A DNA stretch of 63,261 bases, the filler included, from Stramenopiles sp. TOSAG23-2 (lineage: Eukaryota), in assembly GCA_900128395.1 (NCBI GenBank). It is 8 parts of 8 records of this genome, joined end to end, with 100 filler letters (N's around TTAATTAATTAA, not from the genome) between each part and the next. Parts side by side here need not be neighbours in the genome. Positions count along the whole stretch, not along the records: positions 56,755 to 58,306 come from LT652691.1; positions 58,407 to 59,958 come from LT652692.1; positions 60,059 to 61,610 come from LT652693.1; positions 61,711 to 63,261 come from LT652694.1; 4 more parts are not named here. One strand, written 5' to 3'. The notes below the pieces were generated by a model. The model did not search any database. It was not told where the DNA came from and saw nothing but the letters and a program-made list of their open reading frames with translations. This document shows positions 56,655 through 63,261 of this stretch, one piece after another. A program made the position numbers and the translations under genes. The stretch's first letter is position 1; every line of letters starts with the position of its first letter.

Positions 56655-57290
56655 NNNNNNNNNNNNNNNNNNNNNNNNNNNNNNNNNNNNNNNNNNNNTT
56701 AATTAATTAANNNNNNNNNNNNNNNNNNNNNNNNNNNNNNNNNNNNNNNNNNNNTAAAAAAAGAGTGATGCTATTATGTAAATCTGTTGTTCTTGCAATT
56801 GGTTTTTATTTTTTTCAAAAATGATTTCTATTTCTATCTATGTATATCTACATGTATTATCTTTACTTGTGTAAAGATATTTTTTTAAAAGTGTGTGTGG
56901 TAGCCAGGTAGTGAACTAGAGAGGATCCTCTTCTCTAGTGTAAACCAGTAAAATAATATACTACTATTAATAGTAGCTCTATAGTCATATTAATACCACC
57001 GAGAGGAGTGCTTTATTATACTATAATGCGATAGCTGGATACTATATAGCACCTTACCAGGCTTACAAAATATGTCGTAGTTTCAGCTTCAATTAGCCTG
57101 TTATGATACTATACTTATACTAATAATAATACTACTTGGTATACCAAGAAGTGTGTAAAATTATTATAACTTTAGATTTTAACCATTATATATAAAATAT
57201 ATATAATGTACGCCTATGATGTCCGTTTTCCATCAGCTATTAGTGTGAAGATATAAATGCTTGCTCGAACATATTATATTATAATATTAA

Positions 57291-58139
57291 TTAACAAGAG
57301 ATGTAAAACAATGTAAGCAATGGTAAGATGAACAATACCAATGATGAAGTTGCTCTTGCGGCAATACCAATCTCTGTAGTAGTTGGACCTGGTGATGTTG
57401 TCGGTCCTTGTGTAGTCGTTGGTGCTGCAGTGGAGGTTGTCGTTGGTCCAGCGGTTGTTGTCGGACCTGGTGATGGTGTTGGGCCTTGTGTGGTTGTCGT
57501 CGTTGGTGCTGCAGTGGAGGTTGTTGTTGTGACTGTAGAGGTAAGTGATAATGCTTGACGTGACACAGTGCTTTGACCACTTGCAGTTAATACAGAAACT
57601 GTAATGTGTGTGGTTGTCGTCGTTGGTGCTGCAGTGGAGGTTGTTGTTGTGACTGTATTCGTAAGTGATAATGCTTGACGTGACACAGTGCTTTGACCAC
57701 TTGCAGTTAATACAGAAACTGTAATGGAACTTACGGATGTAATATCACTTGGAACAGTTAAATATAATGTTAACGTAGCACCAACACCGCCTTGTTTGTA
57801 AAACATTTTGTCAGTACAGCCGGTTTTTGCAGTATATCCAGTTGGTGTACTTTGTGCATTATTTGCAGATGACAAAGTACCAGCACTTGTATGAATAACA
57901 GCACCGTCCCCTTGTAAATTTGCTAAGGTTACTGTAATTTTTGCATCTCCTTGATTATATGTACTTGTGTCAAACGAAATCAAATTACTTGCAGTTATTG
58001 GAGTTGAGCCCATAATCGTACCCTTTGTCATAACATTAGAACTACTACTGGAACCAACTAAATCACACCCAGGATAACTGGGTCTTGCTTCTGCAGCATA
58101 TACAATAAATGCCAAAAATAGAGAAATTTTTAGCAGCAT
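57291..58139 (-). CDS. Secreted Thr-rich mucin-like surface protein, probable GPI anchor (Reeler-like N-domain possible)
   Basis: Signal peptide, two-Cys beta domain, TTTTSTAAP repeats and hydrophobic C-terminus; in-frame 120-bp internal duplication (57487-57606/57607-57726). Confidence 0.8.
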   Translation of the reverse strand: MLLKISLFLAFIVYAAEARPSYPGCDLVGSSSSSNVMTKGTIMGSTPITASNLISFDTSTYNQGDAKITVTLANLQGDGAVIHTSAGTLSSANNAQSTPTGYTAKTGCTDKMFYKQGGVGATLTLYLTVPSDITSVSSITVSVLTASGQSTVSRQALSLTNTVTTTTSTAAPTTTTTHITVSVLTASGQSTVSRQALSLTSTVTTTTSTAAPTTTTTQGPTPSPGPTTTAGPTTTSTAAPTTTQGPTTSPGPTTTEIGIAARATSSLVLFILPLLTLFYISC

Positions 58140-58406
58140 TTTGTTTAAACTTGTATACTTTTAAAGTTAAAAAATATTTATGATTATTATTAAATCTTCT
58201 AAAAAATAATTCTTAAATACATATCCGTTACATTTCTTCTATATTGCTCAATAAAAAAAGAGTGATACGTTTATGTATAAATCTGTTGTTCTTGCAATTG
58301 GTTTTTNNNNNNNNNNNNNNNNNNNNNNNNNNNNNNNNNNNNNNNNNNNNTTAATTAATTAANNNNNNNNNNNNNNNNNNNNNNNNNNNNNNNNNNNNNN
58401 NNNNNN

Positions 58407-59958
58407 ATTATAATTTTTGTTGACGCTGCCCCTAAATAGTTCAAAAGCTGGTATTTCTCTAGTGGTATTTGCTTATGTCGAATTATTTGCAAAAGGATTA
58501 GGGACATTTCGATCCTTTCATTATGACATTCTATTAATGCCTTTAAGACTAAATGTGTATCTTTTAAAAACATTGTCCTTGTTTTTAATATTTTAAGTGA
58601 CGTCTCGTATTTTTTTAACTTTATTTCATGTGGCTCATTTTTGGAGTTTAAGTTTTGATCTGATGATCTGTTTCGTGAAATATTAAGTCGAACGTCATTA
58701 TTTACTACACTACTAGATGGCTGATCATGGATATCCATAGTATGTTTAAGCAGCATTACGCATTCTCCTACTTTATCTATTATCTGTTCGTCATCTATAG
58801 AATTATATGACTTGATATCCATGATCAGTGAATTCATCTGATCAAGCAATATCAAGACTGCGTTTTCATTGTTTATCTATTGTTTTTTTTATTTCATCTC
58901 CATTAATAGGGTCAATTTTGATCGTGTTGTCAATTATGAAACTTGACATAGCCTCTATCATACCATCTTCCGTTTCTTTTATCCTTTTGGCCCTAACTGC
59001 TATGTTGTCCATAATTATTGCTTCTAATTCTACATCAATTGCTGCAGCGCTTTGACCTCCGTGATCTTTGCTTAATTTTATTAATTCATGCATAACACCA
59101 GCGCTTTTTTCTGCCAATGCAAATTCCCTGTGTACTGTTTCAATCAATTTAGGGAAATATTTGTTGCTATCATCATCGTCAATGTTTTCATAGTGCTGTT
59201 TTGACATCACGATGTTAAATATTTCATTAAATTTACCTTCAAGTAATTTTTTCTGCAATTCATGGATTTGTTCAACATATTCATCTCCGTGGATACCAGA
59301 GTATTGTTTTTCAAGCGATGCAATCCATCGTTTTTCATCGTTGGATTTTTCATGAATATTCTTGTTGAACATTTTTTGCTTACTTTCTATACTATCTATG
59401 AAGTCTTTAAATTGGAAGTACATGTTTGAAATGTGGGCAAAAATTGCACCAATAGCTGTGCAAACTGGAATCGCTAGTTCTGGTTTTATGACAACACCGA
59501 TCAATGTCCATAAGAAGACATTCGCTGTTACAATTAAAGATGCGGTATATCCTAATGTCCGAATAAATGAATGTACACTTTTGATGGTAATAGGAATGTT
59601 GCAATCTATTTTTTGCAATGGTGTTGCAAGTACATTTCTTGTTGATGTTAAGAATTCCCACGTGTCAAAAATAATTGTTATTACTGAAAGATGTAGGCCC
59701 CAAAACCCAATTTCTTTAAGATAATCGTCCATTGGTTGATGAACATAAATATTTGCATTAACAACTTGCAAATAAACCCACACAATTCCCAACGTTGGCA
59801 GACTGGGCAATATTATAATCAAAATAAAAAGAACAGCTCGCTCAATACGCTTTAAATTGCGCCATTCTAAATCCACCAACATTTCGATTTTACCATCACG
59901 ACTTTTTCTTCTCCTTCTCCTTCTTTGTTTTTTCAAGTTTAATGAAAGAAGTTATGAA
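58407..59958 (-). pseudogene. Internal part of a large multi-pass membrane/coiled-coil protein with apparent frameshifts
   Basis: ORFs 59936-58866 and 58855-58407 join if one A is removed near 58873 (IDK*/INNENAVL overlap); a second frame break lies near 59900-59940. Confidence 0.55.
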
Positions 59959-60427
59959 NNNNNNNNNNNNNNNNNNNNNNNNNNNNNNNNNNNNNNNNNN
60001 NNTTAATTAATTAANNNNNNNNNNNNNNNNNNNNNNNNNNNNNNNNNNNNNNNNNNNNAATTATGAATAATGATATTTGATAAAAATATAATTTTATATA
60101 TATATATATATAATTTATTGTATATATATAATGCCTATGATATTTTTCATCAACCAAATGTTGATAACATCTATGTACCTCATCGGTAATTCCTGTTAAT
60201 AGGAGTTCCCAGAGTTATCATACTGTGAGATACGTTGTCTAAATATGATATATTGCATATTTTGGGAGTAAAATTATTATACAGTGTCATAACTTAAAAA
60301 TTAAGCATCATATGAGGATATAATATATATGGGGTGCATCATATACGTACACTGATAATATATATGTATATGCATATCATAAGTGCATAACTTAGATTTT
60401 AAGCATCTTTATATTTATTAAAATCTA

Positions 60428-61135
60428 TCAATGCGAAAAGATATGAAGACAAAACCAAAAGAAAAATAAAGTAAATATCATGCATCCAAGAATCAAAAAT
60501 CGATCGCTACATTCTCGATGTTGTATAACGCGTATGACAGAATTACTTAGGCCTAAGGTATGCATCATATTCATAACACCAGTTTTCATACGTTTAAAAC
60601 GGTCCCATTGGCCTTTTAAAGTAGACATTACATCGCTTGAATGAGCGTTCATTTCATCTATCATTCCAATTGAATTTTTTAACGCTTCATTGGCATCTAA
60701 TAAATTGCCCGTGGCGTCGCGGTTGCGCAGGGCTTCCTGGTAGTCAAAAAGTTGCTGTCGTTCGTTGTGTTCTTGCGCTAATCGATTCCATTTGTTTTGG
60801 AGTTTTTGTAGTGATCGAGTATACGAGTTATATTGTTCCCATAAATCTACAATCCGTCGCTTCCAGAGTTCCTTATTTTTCAGCTCCTGCTTAATCGCAG
60901 TATCAAGCCTTTGCAAATTATCATACAGATGAACTAAATCGGTTGTTACTCTACGATGGCCATCATCTGTGGATCCATAATTTGATTCTAACTCATTTAG
61001 CGTAAATGATATTTCATATGCTAACTTTTTGGTACGTGGATATAAATCAGCGCATGATTCGTTATTATTATTACCTGATGTTTTTGATCGAAGGACATTA
61101 CCAGACATGTTATGATATGGATATTGTCCATTCAT
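60428..61135 (-). CDS. Qb-SNARE, membrin/Bos1/GOSR2 family
   Basis: Helical N-domain, ERQQLF, SNARE heptads with a central Q (LKGQWDRF), TLGLSNSVIRVIQHR..DR and C-terminal TM helix. Confidence 0.88.
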   Translation of the reverse strand: MNGQYPYHNMSGNVLRSKTSGNNNNESCADLYPRTKKLAYEISFTLNELESNYGSTDDGHRRVTTDLVHLYDNLQRLDTAIKQELKNKELWKRRIVDLWEQYNSYTRSLQKLQNKWNRLAQEHNERQQLFDYQEALRNRDATGNLLDANEALKNSIGMIDEMNAHSSDVMSTLKGQWDRFKRMKTGVMNMMHTLGLSNSVIRVIQHRECSDRFLILGCMIFTLFFFWFCLHIFSH

Positions 61136-61710
61136 TTTTGTTGTTGTTGTAGTATAATGATATAAAATGAAGATGGTGGTATTTTAGGAATGGGGAGAAA
61201 AATTAATTATCAATAGGCAAACACAAATAAGATGTTATATTATTATTATTATTACTGAATTAAACATATGTCAACAATGATGAAAATATGAATGTGATTG
61301 ATATTTGATGCAGCGCAATATATGATTGTGTTTATAAGTATAATTTCAATATTATAATTCTATAGAAATAGTTGCAATAAATAATAATAATAATAACCAA
61401 AATGACATACAAAAACGCGTATTATATTAATATTTTTAATTTTTTGATAACATATAAATTTGAACTTTTCCAAAATCTAAATCTATAAATCATTTTTGCC
61501 TTTTGATAGGAAGCTTTAGCTTATACTTGTTAGTGCTCAAATATTTCTATAGATGTCACGTCAGCAATTTTAGGTACAAAAATCGTACTTTTTAGAATAT
61601 ACTAATCTTTNNNNNNNNNNNNNNNNNNNNNNNNNNNNNNNNNNNNNNNNNNNNTTAATTAATTAANNNNNNNNNNNNNNNNNNNNNNNNNNNNNNNNNN
61701 NNNNNNNNNN

Positions 61711-63221
61711 TCGTATGCCAATGAGACCATTGGGAAAATCAATGGATCCTATTGGAAGTATGAGGCAACTGCAGCCACACATTAGTAATAATAGTAATAG
61801 CAATAATAATCTCCAAGATCAATATCCATTAATGATGAAAAAAGTATTAGAAGAGCAAAAGATACAAATGCAACGAGATGGAATTCATCAAGCAGCTAAT
61901 TTAAGTACACCAACTGCAATACCATCAACACGTAAAAACGATAATGGGCAAGGTGACGTTTTTGCTATTGTGAAGCAGGCTTACAAATCTGATAAGGATA
62001 ACCTGAACAGGACGGAAGTTGTGGTGGACTTTTCCTTGTATAAAGGTAAACGTCCTGTGTATGCTGTAATATCTGTTGGGTATCCAGAATTAAAGTTGGT
62101 AATTGAGAATGCAGACCGTAAAGCATTCCACAACCATGTGGATTTGCTATCAAAAATTGTAGCAACAACAACTGGTATGGTTTGGGTAGATCGGGAAAAC
62201 TTAGTTTTCAAACAAGCAGCAGCAATTGAATATTTACTTGGAACAAAGTACGTTGCAACGAAACAGGAAGCAATGATGGTTTTAAATGCAATGCTTGAGG
62301 AGCATTTATTTTCTAGCACTACTGATGTGCCGCAGGAGATGGAAGATAAAGAATTTAAAATACCATACGATTGGAAAGAATATGGACGTACAGAAGTTGT
62401 ACGTGGACCAAAATATAGTACATCAAAAAAAGCTGTATTTATACAATTTGATGGTGATATTACAATTCCAACATTTGCAGATGGTATAGTAGTTAAAATG
62501 AAAGTATTTGAAATGGGCAGTAATAATAGTAGATCACCATCAGGAAGCACATTGATTTATGATTTTGCTGTTGCATTGAGTGATTTATTACGAAGTCCAA
62601 ATGTAACTGTATATCCAAACAATGTACCAATTGGTTTGAAAGTGAAAATGCCATTAGGTGAGGTAGGCGTAAATGTTGATACTGGTGCATCAGCTGTCTT
62701 TGATCTTTCAGATGATCTTAGGCAGTTGAAGGTATATGAGGATTACAAAGACCAGCCAATATCACAAATGAATGTACCATCGCAATTGTTGCATATGTAT
62801 TCAAATAGAATACGAGAGTTGTTGAATATATATGCAGATGACGCTGGCCAATATGCATTGTTGCAACAACGTGAATTATTAAATAATTATATGGCATTTA
62901 AAACACAATTGATACCGTCAATGGGAAATAAAAATGTACCGAAAACGAAGAGGTATATTTCAGATGTTTCACGGCAATTTGAAGCGACCAATTTGAATAG
63001 GTATTGTGTATCTGTAGTCGAAAAAGAGGAAGATATAAAAGGTATGGCAAGACCGGAAACATACAATTATGAAACAATTACATGTGGTATGCCAGCTGCA
63101 CATTCAATTGGTTTTAAACATGGTGGTTTAATCACATTGCAAGAAGAATATTTACGTTTACGACGTAAAGCGGTTGATGGTTATATTACTACACCAGAGG
63201 AAAATCGATTGGAACGTTTAG
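61711..63221 (+). CDS. Partial INPP4-like inositol polyphosphate 4-phosphatase gene (one exon) with DEP-like and C2-like regions
   Basis: YETITCGMPAAHSIGFKHGGL and FEATNL resemble INPP4 conserved blocks; the ORF ends at a G|GTAAGT donor (63222); the catalytic CX5R motif is not in the window. Confidence 0.65.
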
Positions 63222-63230
63222 GTAAGTAAA

Positions 63231-63261
<31 letters not shown>

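Noticed and set aside
26639-61710. Regularly spaced TTAATTAATTAA motifs (1652-bp period)
   Set aside because: Artificial linkers with stops in all six frames between length-sorted contigs; the periodicity reflects contig sorting.

Overview
AT-rich, intron-poor eukaryotic DNA, probably from a flagellated protist (stramenopile-like is my inference only). The window is a concatenation of 8 apparently unrelated, length-sorted contigs (about 26.6 kb x2 and 1.55 kb x6) joined by 100-nt N44-TTAATTAATTAA-N44 linkers, so adjacency across linkers is meaningless. Recognisable genes are cytosolic IleRS, a PPEF-type phosphatase, ArgJ (2 introns), ADA2, a GH27 glycosidase, a beta-lactamase-family esterase, a METTL21-like methyltransferase, an F-BAR-like protein (2 introns), an RlmN-like radical SAM enzyme, a U-box membrane protein, a membrin-like SNARE and an INPP4-like fragment. 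The main finding is at 35579-35858 (- strand): a complete 73-nt elongator tRNA-Met(CAT) split by three GTAAGT...YTAAC...AG spliceosomal-type introns at non-canonical positions (11/12, 31/32, 47/48). Nearby are two paralogous introns in one gene with boundary duplications (possible recent intron gain or copying), inverted repeat arrays starting at the stop codons of two convergent genes, copied gene fragments, and contrasting short-motif signatures in 3' versus 5' intergenic regions.
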